DNA of 64,000 bases from Corynebacterium kroppenstedtii (GTDB lineage Bacteria > Actinomycetota > Actinomycetes > Mycobacteriales > Mycobacteriaceae), in NCBI RefSeq assembly GCF_003243515.1, contig NZ_QFRA01000016.1:2359-66358 (forward strand), given 5' to 3'. The translations under genes and the position numbers were made by a program. The notes beneath the pieces were generated by a model. That model was not told the DNA's origin. It made no database searches and was given only the letters and a program-made list of their open reading frames with translations. Positions 1 through 10,017 of this stretch are shown piece by piece (position 1 is the first letter of the stretch; each line of letters begins with the position of its first letter).

Positions 1-314
1 TAGAAATAATTCTTTCGCGCGAACCGCGACCGCTCGGCAATAGAGCAGTTGAGGGCCAAACCAATTTTGATTGCCCATTCGACGCCCTTCTTGTTCACCA
101 CGGGTAGCGCACCCGGCAAACCTAAACAGCACGGATCGGCGTGGGAATTCGGGGCATCACCGAACTCAACCGAAGACGACGAAAACATCTTCGATTTCGT
201 CGCAAGTTCAACGTGAATTTCCATTCCCATAACGGGATCAAACTGCGCAACGACGTCGTCATAGTCCATAACATCGTCGGAATAATCCTGAATCGACTGA
301 GCGGGAGAAGTCAT
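1..314 (-). CDS. gatB: Asp-tRNA(Asn)/Glu-tRNA(Gln) amidotransferase subunit B, N-terminal part (gene runs off the left edge)
   Basis: My own translation of the minus strand from ATG at 312-314 gives [44 protein letters not shown]...[42 protein letters not shown], the conserved GatB N-terminus. It is absent from the ORF track because the window edge truncates it. Confidence 0.85.
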   Translation of the reverse strand, partial: MTSPAQSIQDYSDDVMDYDDVVAQFDPVMGMEIHVELATKSKMFSSSSVEFGDAPNSHADPCCLGLPGALPVVNKKGVEWAIKIGLALNCSIAERSRFARKNYF

Positions 315-375
315 AACCAACAGTCTAGCGCCAGAGTGTTCAACAACATGTAAAGGGACAATAGAGCGGAAACAC

Positions 376-1593
376 CTACACGTCGTTGCGGTCGAGAATC
401 TCGCGCAACGCATCATCGTCGATATTCGATTCCCCAATAAGATGCCGGAGCTGCCGCTTCTGTTTAGAAGTGAACCGCTTGGTGGGGTCCAACTTCCGCT
501 CAGCCAACTCATGTAACTTCCGACGTCGGTCCCCCTCTTCCTGAATCTGTGTCCGGGATCTCCACCACGAATAGACCAGAACGATCATGAGGACGACACC
601 GACATATCCCAAGATTGGGTAGACATTCGACACCAGCGTTTTGAACCCGAAGAAGCTAATGACGAAGGCAACCAGTGCTGTCACAACGAGCGTCGGACGG
701 AAGCGTTCCTCATGGTTCGCAGTCAACCGACGGGCCAAAGCGTAGAAAACGCCTAAGGCTGTATTGAAGATCATGCCGTAAATGACAACGGCCATGACCC
801 AACCGAACGGGCCATTGAAGTTCGATGCGAGAGCAAGCATCGGAAGATCCGCATCTTTGACCTCATCGACCTTCACATACAGCGAGAATGCGATGACAAT
901 CAGCAAGAACCCGAAAATCAGGCCTCCGAGGCCACCACCAATTCCAGCCTGGCGCGGATAAAAATAGGACCCACCAATCACGATGGCCATGGACACACCA
1001 CAAATAAGGTTGAAGCCCACGTAGTTGAGCGCAGAAATCCACCAGTTCGGAAGATTGGAATTGATGGTAGATGAGGATGCGTCTAAGTGGCTGTAGTCGG
1101 GATCAATTCCGACCAACGTCACCAGGCCAACAATCGTGATACAAATGACGATGAACGGAGTGATTGCTCCGATAATGGCCGACACTCTAGAGACATCAAG
1201 CATCCCTGATAACAGGACGAGGACCAGCAGTAGTGTCGCGCCAACCCACGTCGGAAGGCCAAACTGCTGGTTCAGGTTAGAACCCGCACCTGCGAACATT
1301 ACGAACCCTAGCGAAAATAAGGTGACCAGGATGCCGATGTCCAAAAATATAGCCAGGAGGGTGGTTGCGGAGCTGTCAATGACGCGTTTGTGCTCGTGAG
1401 CTCGATAATAGCTCCCGAGCACAAAGACTGAGGTGCCAGCAATACTCATCAAGACCGCGGAAAGGACAACACCCCACAAGCCCCAGCGTCCAAAAGCGAC
1501 GAAAAACTGCAGCCCCTCCTGCCCAGAGGCTGTTCCCGCGCCAACGATCAGCCCCACAAAAGCTAAAGCAATCGAAAGCGTATTTCTGAACAT
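376..1593 (-). CDS. YkvI-family integral membrane protein (putative transporter)
   Basis: Polytopic hydrophobic 405-aa ORF. The N-terminus [31 protein letters not shown] carries the YkvI-type GAG(F/T)ASGQE motif. I chose ATG 1593 over 1620 because AAGGAG lies 8 nt upstream. Confidence 0.7.
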   Translation of the reverse strand: MFRNTLSIALAFVGLIVGAGTASGQEGLQFFVAFGRWGLWGVVLSAVLMSIAGTSVFVLGSYYRAHEHKRVIDSSATTLLAIFLDIGILVTLFSLGFVMFAGAGSNLNQQFGLPTWVGATLLLVLVLLSGMLDVSRVSAIIGAITPFIVICITIVGLVTLVGIDPDYSHLDASSSTINSNLPNWWISALNYVGFNLICGVSMAIVIGGSYFYPRQAGIGGGLGGLIFGFLLIVIAFSLYVKVDEVKDADLPMLALASNFNGPFGWVMAVVIYGMIFNTALGVFYALARRLTANHEERFRPTLVVTALVAFVISFFGFKTLVSNVYPILGYVGVVLMIVLVYSWWRSRTQIQEEGDRRRKLHELAERKLDPTKRFTSKQKRQLRHLIGESNIDDDALREILDRNDV

Positions 1594-1879
1594 AAGGAGT
1601 TCTCCTTGGAGCGAAATCACCAGAGAGCCGGAAGGGCTCGACTACCACCGGCAAAGATTACTCGACTACACGGACAAAAACCGCCATTTAACACGATCAC
1701 TCGCATTTGTAACACACAATTAATGAAAAACAATGAAGACTGTCACATCGCCACCATAGAATAAAAGAATGAATCCGCTCCCCCTCCGACAAATATCAAA
1801 AAGACATCAAAAGCCAGCGACACCACTAGTTGCGAAGCGACCACACCAATTACCTCACCGCAGGCACCTAAGGGCGTCG

Positions 1880-3744
1880 ATGATGAGTACTTTCGCCCTG
1901 CTTGTTGCCAGCGTATATGGGCCGGCACCCGCACAGACAGCACACGCTGAGCCCCCGGCACCTAACCGGGATATTTCCATAGCTCCCGAATCAAATAGCG
2001 AATACCGCCCCGACATGGTGGCGGTAAAGACGGACTCATACTCAGTGTCCACCGCAAATCCCATCTCGACAGCTGCGGCCCGCGAAGTTTTGTCCGCTGG
2101 AGGAACCGCTGCTGATGCCTTAGTGACGGCGCAACTCGTGTTAGGTCTGGTGGAGCCCCAATCGTCGGGTATCGGCGGCGGTGGCTACATTCTGTACCAC
2201 GACGCGGCGGACAACTCGGTCACCGCCATCGATGGCCGAGAAACCGCGCCCAGCGACGCACCTGACACCTACCTCTCGCAGATATCTGCCACCGACACCC
2301 GCACACCACAGCCCGACACACGACGTTCGGGCAGGTCAATTGGCGTACCGGGGATAATGGCTGCCTTAGGCACACTCCACGCAGCACACGGGAAAACGCA
2401 GTGGAGTGAACTTGTTCAACCTGCCATCAGCCTGTCTGAGGATGGGTTCGACATCAGCCCCCGGCTCGCAACAACAATCGAGGATAATGCCACCGACCTC
2501 GCCCGTGACCCAGAAGCTGCAGCCTACTATCTCAACCCGGATGGAACCGGAAAGAAAGCCGGGACACACCTCACCAACCCTGCCTATGCCTCAACACTGA
2601 CAGCCCTCAAGCTCAATGGCCCACAAGCGCTGTATACCGGGAAAATCGCCGACGACATCGTCGCCCGGGCACGCAGCGAGCACGACGAAACAACGCCGTC
2701 AACCTTAACGGCGGCTGATCTCGCGAAATATAAACCCACTGTTAACAAAGCACTGTGCGGCCCCTACCGCACCCATATTGTCTGTGGGGCACCGGCATCC
2801 TCCTCAGGCGGTGTCACAGTAGGAGCTACGCTGGGTATTCTTTCCCACGCAGATCTAGAGTCCATGAAGCCGCTTAAGGTCGACAACAATGGTGGCCTGC
2901 CATCCGCTGACGCGGTTCACCTCATTTCGGAAGCGGAGCGCCTCGCCTACGCGGATCGCGACGCCTACCTTGCGGATACTGATTTCGAGAACCTTCCCGA
3001 CGGCGATTACACGAAATTACTCAGCCCGGAGTACCTAGCGCAGCGGTATTCGCAGATCAACCCTGAGAAATCCATGAGAAAAGCGAAAGCTGGAATTTTC
3101 AACACGGACCACGCCCGCGGTGACGATCAACCCGAACATGGGACCAGTCATATTTCCGTCGTCGATTCTTATGGAAACGCTGCCAGTATGACAACGAGTG
3201 TGGAATCAGCGTTTGGCTCTTTCCACATGGTCGATGGGTTCATGCTCAACAACCAGCTCACTGATTTTGAGAAAAACCTCGCGATGACGCCGGCCGGCTC
3301 AAGGCGAACCGGGTTGAAGGCGGAAAACGGCCACGATCATCGATGTCCCCCACAATCGTGTACAACACGACGAAGACCGGCGAGCGGGGGGATCTCTATG
3401 CCGTCATCGGATCCCCAGGTGGAGCTGTCATTCCGCAATTCGTGGTCAAAGCCCTGGTCGGCATTCTTGACTGGGGCTTAGACCCACAACAAGCTGTTGC
3501 CCTTCCGGACTTCGGCGCCCGAAACACGCCGGAAACCGGAATTGGTGGTGAACATCCAGACATAGGCCCTGACGGAGCAGCCACACCGGAGGCTCAAGAA
3601 CTGATCCACGGTCTCACGGATCGGGGGCATACGGTCAACCTCGACGAACAATCGAGTGGACTATCCGCCATTGTTCGAACTCGCGACGGCAACCTCCTCG
3701 GTGGAGCAGACCCGCGTCGAGAAGGAATCGTCATGGGTGGATAA
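1880..3744 (+). pseudogene. ggt: gamma-glutamyltranspeptidase, reading frame interrupted at 3269-3278
   Basis: ORF 1769-3481 has a signal-peptide-like MMSTFALLVASVYGPAPAQTAHA and the GGT nucleophile context EHGTSHISVVDSYGNAASMTTS. The conserved C-terminus (GGKRPRSSMSPTIV...GSPGGAVIPQFVVKA...) continues in the -1 frame (ORF 3343-3744). The frames join at GAG AAA AAC C. Confidence 0.8.
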
Positions 3745-3777
3745 TGCCGTCACAGGCCGGTCATTGACTGACGATAA

Positions 3778-4809
3778 TTATCCGAACAGGGCAGCAGCGG
3801 CCTCGTACCGCTCGATCGGAACAACCTTCAGCGTGCCCACGGCATCCTGGAGGCTGACCAGCCCAATATTCTCTCCCTGGAGGGAAGCGACGGTTCCGTA
3901 CTTACCTTCGTGAGCAGCGCGGCAAGCGTGAACACCGTAGCGCGTGGCAAGAACGCGATCATAAGCCGTCGGCGTGCCACCGCGCTGAATATGCCCCAAC
4001 ACCGTTGTACGGACATCGTGACCCAGGCGCTCATGGATAGCGTCGGCTACCTGCTGGCCAACGCCGGTGAATACCTCGTGGCCGAACTGGTCGATCCCGC
4101 CCGTCTTCAGTTCCATGGTGCCTTCTTTCGGGCGGGCACCCTCGGCGACGACGACGATTCCGTATTTCTCCCCCATCTGGAAACGACGTTCCATGGCTTT
4201 ACAGATCTCGTCGATATCGAACGGAACCTCGGGGATCACGGTGTAGTGGGCACCACCGGCCATACCGGCGTGGAGGGCAATCCAGCCGACGTGCCGGCCC
4301 ATGACCTCCACAACCATCACACGATTGTGCGACTCTGCGGTGGTGTGTAATCGATCAATCGCATCGGTCGCGACGGATACCGCGGTGTCGAAACCGAAGG
4401 TGTAGTCCGTCGCGTTAACGTCGTTATCGATGGTCTTAGGGACGCCAACCACCGGGATTCCGTTTTCATGGAGCCAGAGAGCGCCCTTAAGCGTTCCCTC
4501 GCCGCCGATGGGGATCAAGGCATCGACGCCGGCGTTCGCTAGGTTTTCCTTAATCTGTTCAATACCTTCGCGGAATTTGTCCGGGTGTAAACGGCCCGTG
4601 CCCAAGATAGTTCCACCCCGGAGGAGGACCCGGTCAATCTCCTCATCGTCGTAGAGCTGAATTCGGCGATCCTCGAGGAGCCCCACCCAGCCATCTTCAT
4701 AGCCGACCACGGTGGAGCCATATTCAGAACTCGCGGTGCGGACAATTCCACGAATCACCGCGTTAAGTCCCGGGCAATCACCACCGGAGGTAAGAGTCGC
4801 AATACGCAT
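3778..4809 (-). CDS. pfkA: ATP-dependent 6-phosphofructokinase
   Basis: [26 protein letters not shown]..., [21 protein letters not shown] and [10 protein letters not shown] are classic PFK motifs. The start is set at the MRIATL ATG (4807-4809). Confidence 0.9.
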   Translation of the reverse strand: MRIATLTSGGDCPGLNAVIRGIVRTASSEYGSTVVGYEDGWVGLLEDRRIQLYDDEEIDRVLLRGGTILGTGRLHPDKFREGIEQIKENLANAGVDALIPIGGEGTLKGALWLHENGIPVVGVPKTIDNDVNATDYTFGFDTAVSVATDAIDRLHTTAESHNRVMVVEVMGRHVGWIALHAGMAGGAHYTVIPEVPFDIDEICKAMERRFQMGEKYGIVVVAEGARPKEGTMELKTGGIDQFGHEVFTGVGQQVADAIHERLGHDVRTTVLGHIQRGGTPTAYDRVLATRYGVHACRAAHEGKYGTVASLQGENIGLVSLQDAVGTLKVVPIERYEAAAALFG

Positions 4810-4860
4810 AGTGACTACCCTAGCCGGATCGCTAGCGTGTTGCCTATCCGGGACCACCTA

Positions 4861-6345
4861 CTACTTTCCGCGCGTTGCAGCGGTTGTTCCTTGGAATTGC
4901 GTAACGACGACCAAACCGATCAATAACACCGCTGCCGGGAAAATCATCGTCCAGCCCAAAGAGGACACTGGGTCGGTATGCTGCATGAACACATCGAGCG
5001 TCGCTGCAACGGTCGCGGACCCGATCACCGAACCCACTTGGCGCGTGGTGTTGTACACGCCTGAACCAGCGCCCGTTTTCTCCATCGACAGGTCGCGCAT
5101 CGTGGTCGTCGAATTCGGCGCCCACACGAACGCGTGCCCCAACCCCTGCAGCGCGATGGGTACAAACATCCACCACACCGACGTATCCGGCTTCATCACC
5201 AGGAAGTAGCAAAGCATGGAAAGCGTCATAAAGGTAAATCCGGTCATCGATAACCGACGCGGTGGCACTGTATCTGACAGACGCCCAATGAATGGGGAGA
5301 GCAAACCTGAAATTAGGGCCATCGGCACCATCATCAGCCCGGCCTTCAGGGCCGACATGTGGTGGAACTGCTGGAAGTAAATCATGATCGGGACCATCGG
5401 GCCTGCCACAGCAAAGCCCATCGTCGTGATCGAAATATTCCCCACCGAGAAATTCTTGTCCTTAAAGAGCGACAGCGGGACGAGCACTTCGACGCCGCGC
5501 TGGGCGCCCCACTTTTCGATCATGATGAAAATACCGAAGACGACGACGGATGCTGCGATCATGATCCAAATCCACGGTGCCCAGTTTGCGTTGCCGCCCT
5601 CTTGGAGCGCGAAGACCAGCAAGAACACTGCGATGACGGAAGTCACGATGCCGCCCCAGTCGTAGCCGTGGTTTCTCGCAGGCAATTGTGGCACCCATTT
5701 GAGCACCATGATGACTGAGACCACGCCGATCGGGACGTTAACGAAGAAAATCCATTCCCAACCGATCCATGTGGTGAGTAATCCACCGAGCACCGGGCCG
5801 GCCAAGCCTGCCATTCCGGCGGTGGCACCCCATAGGCCCATGGCTGCGCCGCGTCGATCGCGGGCGAAGATTCGGTTAATCACGCTCATGGTTTGAGGGG
5901 TCAGCAGAGCAGCACCCAGCCCCTGAACCGCACGAGCGGCGATAAGCCAGTGAATATCCGGTGCTAAACCACAACCCAGGGACGAGAGGGTGAAGACAAC
6001 CATGCCGACGACATAGACGTTCTTCGGCCCTACCTGATCTCCCAATCGGCCTGTGACCAGCAATGGAACTGCGTAGGTCAGCAAGTACACCGAGGTTACC
6101 CACAGCACTTGGCTGTAGTCGGCGTTGAGCGCACTCTGAAAATCAGGGGTTGCCACTGCCACGATGGTCTGATCCAGGAGGATCATAAAAAAGCCCACGC
6201 AGAGCGCCACTAGCGCATGCCACGCGTCTTTCTCTGGGATCATCCCCTTGGGTTGCTTCGCCTGAGCCGAGGTAGCTGAGGGGGTATTCGCTGCTGTGTT
6301 GGTCGTCGTCTCTTGGTGCGACGATCCGTTGAGGTTACCAGTCAA
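4861..6345 (-). CDS. MFS transporter, DHA2 (EmrB/QacA-like, 14-TMS) family
   Basis: 494-aa polytopic protein with LDQTIVAVATP and GRLGDQVGPK-type MFS motifs. A TTG start is preceded by GGAAG. It lies 51 nt upstream of pfkA on the same strand. Confidence 0.8.
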   Translation of the reverse strand: MTGNLNGSSHQETTTNTAANTPSATSAQAKQPKGMIPEKDAWHALVALCVGFFMILLDQTIVAVATPDFQSALNADYSQVLWVTSVYLLTYAVPLLVTGRLGDQVGPKNVYVVGMVVFTLSSLGCGLAPDIHWLIAARAVQGLGAALLTPQTMSVINRIFARDRRGAAMGLWGATAGMAGLAGPVLGGLLTTWIGWEWIFFVNVPIGVVSVIMVLKWVPQLPARNHGYDWGGIVTSVIAVFLLVFALQEGGNANWAPWIWIMIAASVVVFGIFIMIEKWGAQRGVEVLVPLSLFKDKNFSVGNISITTMGFAVAGPMVPIMIYFQQFHHMSALKAGLMMVPMALISGLLSPFIGRLSDTVPPRRLSMTGFTFMTLSMLCYFLVMKPDTSVWWMFVPIALQGLGHAFVWAPNSTTTMRDLSMEKTGAGSGVYNTTRQVGSVIGSATVAATLDVFMQHTDPVSSLGWTMIFPAAVLLIGLVVVTQFQGTTAATRGK

Positions 6346-6649
6346 AAAGCTTCCTTACCTCTTAATTATTCACCACTATTGATCTACTCATCGCTACAAA
6401 AAGTGAACGCTGACGGAATTCGGGTTTTTGCCCCGTGAATGTTCGAAACGCGAACTATTTAAGGTGAAAGCCGTACTCTCAGTACAGACTTCACCTTGTC
6501 CATCCAGACAGGTTACGCGCACACAAAGATCATCGCGAAACCTTAATTCGAGCTCACAATCAGACGGCGGCCACGGACCTCGGGGTCATACATCGAGCCC
6601 TCGAACCCCGCCTCATACAGCGCACCTGTTCACCGAGGCTACCTAGAGG

Positions 6650-7291
6650 CTATCGAGGCACCACCCATACCGCGCCCTCGCCAGACTCATTAGCGCGCAT
6701 CGTCGGCTGAGAAACATCACCGCGCTGGACGACACTCGACGTCATCGGCAACGAACGTCGGAAGGGGGCCATTAAACCCAAACTTTCAATCTCGGATTCT
6801 GGCACCCACACCAGTTCAATGGATTCATTATTCTTGTGCACCTCAAGCGGATGAGAGGCAAAGGCTGACACTGTCGTATATGTCCACTCGCGCACACTGG
6901 GGTCCATCAGTCCCACCCAACGCTTCCCCGTCAGCGAGGTGTACCAGGGCAAACGTGGCCAATCTTCAGCCGGTGCCCTGCGCACCGCATAATCCACTGG
7001 GACCCGCGTCGTCACTTGTTTTTGTACGACGGTGACATCTTGGGGATTGAGGCCGGCTTCTTCAATAGCTTCACGTAACGCGGCTTCTTCGACTGTTTCA
7101 TCTGCGTCACGTGCCCCGCCCGGTACACCCCAGGTGAGAGGCATTGATGTCCACTCGGCACGATATTGCATGAGGACCATGGGAAGACCGTCAGGCCCCG
7201 GCGCTCGAAGCAACAATCCCGCTGCTCCTTCGACTCCCCAGAACCGCGCACCGTTCGCTTGAATTGCCCAACCGTCTCCACTGTGGTCCAT
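6650..7291 (-). CDS. NUDIX hydrolase
   Basis: Nudix box GVPGGARDADETVEEAALREAIEEAGL. The start is placed at the MDHSGDGW ATG (7289-7291), because the longer ORF (to 7459) would overlap the gatA 3' end. Confidence 0.75.
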   Translation of the reverse strand: MDHSGDGWAIQANGARFWGVEGAAGLLLRAPGPDGLPMVLMQYRAEWTSMPLTWGVPGGARDADETVEEAALREAIEEAGLNPQDVTVVQKQVTTRVPVDYAVRRAPAEDWPRLPWYTSLTGKRWVGLMDPSVREWTYTTVSAFASHPLEVHKNNESIELVWVPESEIESLGLMAPFRRSLPMTSSVVQRGDVSQPTMRANESGEGAVWVVPR

Positions 7292-7310
7292 AGGCCCTAA
7301 CCTACTCTTA

Positions 7311-8813
7311 TCACTCCCCCGAGCGAGCAGCCTCATATGCAGCACCGACCCGATACAGCCGATCATCCTGGTGCGCTGGGGCCATAATCTGCAGGCCAAC
7401 GGGAAGATTCGTATCAGAGGCCAGCCCCGACGGAACCGACATACCGCACAAGCCGGCAAGGTTCAGCGGCAGCGTGCACAGGTCAAACCGATACATCGAA
7501 ATGGGGTCATCGACCTTGGTGCCCAACTTGAACGCCGTCGTCGGCGTCGTCGGAGAGACCAGCACATCGACTTTCTCGTACGCCTTAGCAAAATCGCGAG
7601 CAATCAGCGCACGAACACGCTGAGCCTGCAGGTAGTAGGCGTCATAGTATCCAACCGAGAGCGCATAGGTTCCCAGAATGATGCGTCGCTTAACTTCGGA
7701 ACCGAAGCCCTCTTCGCGGGACAGTTCCATCACGTCATTGGCGGAATGGTGGCCATCATCACCGACGCGCAACCCGTAGCGCATGCCGTCGAATCGGGCG
7801 AGGTTGGAGCTCACCTCACACGGGAGAATGAGGTAGTACGCGCTCAAAGCATCATCGAAGTGAGGACAATCCACATCGACGACCTCGGCTCCCAGGCGAG
7901 AGAGCGTGCTCACGGCCTCGTTATACGACTCGAGGACCCCGTCCTGGTAGCCATCGCCAGCCAATTGCTTGACGACGCCGACCTTGAGGCCGGACAGATC
8001 CCCCTTCGCCCCCTCGCGAGCGGCCTGAACCACGGGCGCAACGGGGCGGTTGACCGAGGTGGAATCGTGCGGGTCGTATCCCGCGATGACCTCGTGCAAC
8101 AGGGCGGTATCCAGAACTGTGCGGCCGGTCGGGCCACCCTGATCGAGCGAGGACGCACAGGCGACGAGTCCATAGCGCGACACCGTGCCATAGGTTGGCT
8201 TCACTCCGACCGTGTTGGTCAGGGCCGCCGGCTGGCGGATGGATCCACCGGTGTCGGTACCGATCGCCAGGGGCGCCATTCCCGACGCCAACGCTGCGGC
8301 CGAGCCACCGCCGGAGCCACCGGGTATCCGGGCAAGATCCCACGGGTTATGCGTCGGCCCATACGCGGAGTTTTCCGTCGACGACCCCATGGCGAATTCG
8401 TCCATGTTGGTCTTTCCGACGATAGGAATACCGGCCTCACGCAGACGCTTCGTCACCGTCGCGTCGTACGGGCTCATGTACCCTTCAAGAGTTTTCGACG
8501 CACACGTCGTCGGCGCGTCCGTCGTCGTAAAGACGTCTTTCAAGGCTAAAGGAACACCGGCGAGGGGTGATGACGGCTTTTCACCGCGGGCGATACTGTC
8601 ATCGACTTTCTTGGCAGCCGCGAGAGCTTCATCGGCAGAAACATGCAGGAAAGCGTGGATATCGCCATCGATCTGTGAAATTCGATCCAGGTGCGCCCGA
8701 GTCGCTTCGACCGACGACACCTCGCCGGAACGGATCTTTTCAGCGAGATCCGCCGCGGTGTACGTCGTTAAATCGTCAGCATTGAAGTTCGCAACGCGGT
8801 ATGTGGTCTCCAT
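7311..8813 (-). CDS. gatA: Asp-tRNA(Asn)/Glu-tRNA(Gln) amidotransferase subunit A
   Basis: 500 aa with the amidase signature [14 protein letters not shown]...[12 protein letters not shown]. It sits immediately downstream of gatC. Confidence 0.95.
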   Translation of the reverse strand: METTYRVANFNADDLTTYTAADLAEKIRSGEVSSVEATRAHLDRISQIDGDIHAFLHVSADEALAAAKKVDDSIARGEKPSSPLAGVPLALKDVFTTTDAPTTCASKTLEGYMSPYDATVTKRLREAGIPIVGKTNMDEFAMGSSTENSAYGPTHNPWDLARIPGGSGGGSAAALASGMAPLAIGTDTGGSIRQPAALTNTVGVKPTYGTVSRYGLVACASSLDQGGPTGRTVLDTALLHEVIAGYDPHDSTSVNRPVAPVVQAAREGAKGDLSGLKVGVVKQLAGDGYQDGVLESYNEAVSTLSRLGAEVVDVDCPHFDDALSAYYLILPCEVSSNLARFDGMRYGLRVGDDGHHSANDVMELSREEGFGSEVKRRIILGTYALSVGYYDAYYLQAQRVRALIARDFAKAYEKVDVLVSPTTPTTAFKLGTKVDDPISMYRFDLCTLPLNLAGLCGMSVPSGLASDTNLPVGLQIMAPAHQDDRLYRVGAAYEAARSGE

Positions 8814-8816
8814 GGT

Positions 8817-9110
8817 TTACTCCCCCAGAATCCGCGGTACTTCGAAACGGTCACGCTGGCTAGCCGGGGCTTGGTCCAAGACCTGCTCAGCCGTCAGCGT
8901 CGGATGAACTTCATCCTCGCGCATAACACCGGCAAGATCAGAGGGGTGGCTCATCGGCTCAACGCCCTCGGTATCAACATTCGATACTTTTTGGACGTGC
9001 TCGATAATGCCGTCGATCTGGTCAGCGAATTCATTCAGCTCGTCGTCGGTGAGAGAGAGCCGAGACAAGCGCGCAAGGTGCGCGACCTCGTCGCGGGAAA
9101 TAGAAGACAC
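8817..9110 (-). CDS. gatC: Asp-tRNA(Asn)/Glu-tRNA(Gln) amidotransferase subunit C
   Basis: 97 aa, ISRDEVAHLARLSRLSLTDDELNEFADQ... is typical GatC. GTG start with GAAGGA upstream; 3-nt gap to gatA. Confidence 0.9.
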   Translation of the reverse strand: MSSISRDEVAHLARLSRLSLTDDELNEFADQIDGIIEHVQKVSNVDTEGVEPMSHPSDLAGVMREDEVHPTLTAEQVLDQAPASQRDRFEVPRILGE

Positions 9111-9350
9111 AGTGGTTCCTTCACCTGGTGTGACAATGATGACTCCCCTAGCTTAGCCGGTTTCGGGATTTATGTGGCCTTAGGGGGACGGCCGCCGACG
9201 CTCGCCAGCACACCGGGGCACGACAGCAAGAAATGCACCAATCTGTCTATTTCTATCACCCGGTTCCCACGCTTGTCACAGAGAAGGCCTACACTGTCTA
9301 GTTGATCACAGCGCAATGATCACACCGCACCGTCGAATAAAGGGTTTTCT

Positions 9351-10013
9351 ATGTCGTTCCTCCTCCGCGTCTTCCTGCCTGATGCTCCCGGCAGCTTAGG
9401 CCGTCTTGCCGCATCGATCGGCGAGGTCGGCGGGGATATCCGCAGCGTCGATATCGTCAGCCACAATTTCTCCGACGGTGCCGTTGTGGACGATATTGTC
9501 ATCGATCTACCGCCCACATCCCTCCCCGACACCCTCATTACCGCAGCTCAACAGGTCGACGGCGTCGAGGTCGATTCCATCCGCCCGTTCTCCGGGTCGG
9601 TGAACCGCTCCGGACAAGTCGCTATGTTGGCATCGATTGCCCAAGCACCATCCCAGAGCAAGGCTCTCCAACTTCTTGTCGACGGACTTCCGACGACGAT
9701 GTCCGCGGGGTGGGCCATCGTACTGAGCGGGCGGACCGATGTGCATCGCGTTGCCGCCTCTATGGCCGCGCCCGAGGATGATGGGCGCATTCTTCAGTCC
9801 ACCCCGGTGACGACGGCCCGGTGCCTCGACCGCGAGGATGACGATTGGCTGCCCGAAAGCTGGACAGTCATGGATTCAGCGCTGGCAGCCGCACCGATTA
9901 GCGACGAGGACGACGTTCTTGTCATCGGCCGCCCGGGCGGGCCGGATTTCCTGGCAGGTGAAGTTGAGCACCTCGGCAAGCTCGGCACTATCCTGAGCGC
10001 GATGATGGACTAG
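9351..10013 (+). CDS. ACT-domain protein (amino-acid-binding regulatory domain family)
   Basis: The N-terminus MSFLLRVFLPDAPGSLGRLAASIGEVGGDIRSVDIV is an ACT fold signature. The position divergent from gatC matches the remembered mycobacterial Rv3013-type arrangement. Confidence 0.7.
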   Translation: MSFLLRVFLPDAPGSLGRLAASIGEVGGDIRSVDIVSHNFSDGAVVDDIVIDLPPTSLPDTLITAAQQVDGVEVDSIRPFSGSVNRSGQVAMLASIAQAPSQSKALQLLVDGLPTTMSAGWAIVLSGRTDVHRVAASMAAPEDDGRILQSTPVTTARCLDREDDDWLPESWTVMDSALAAAPISDEDDVLVIGRPGGPDFLAGEVEHLGKLGTILSAMMD

Positions 10014-10017
10014 TGGC

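Noticed and set aside
141-353. 70-aa plus-strand ORF at the left edge
   Set aside because: It is antisense to the clearly conserved gatB N-terminus and basic and low-complexity. Artefact.
3269-3278. Programmed -1 ribosomal frameshift at G AAA AAC in ggt
   Set aside because: The site is not a canonical X XXY YYZ heptamer, since it has only five A. I saw no obvious downstream stimulatory hairpin or upstream SD-like element, and I know of no precedent for recoding in ggt. A simple indel (A6 to A5) is the more economical explanation.
6650-7459. Long 269-aa version of the NUDIX ORF overlapping the gatA 3' end by ~150 nt
   Set aside because: The extension is Cys/Arg-rich with no homology and overlaps conserved gatA codons. 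An internal ATG at 7291 gives a normal-size NUDIX protein 19 nt downstream of the gatA stop.
7371-8549. 392-aa ORF antisense to gatA
   Set aside because: It is Arg-rich and low-complexity, and it lies entirely inside a gene with unambiguous homology on the other strand. This is the typical long-antisense-ORF artefact of GC-rich DNA.
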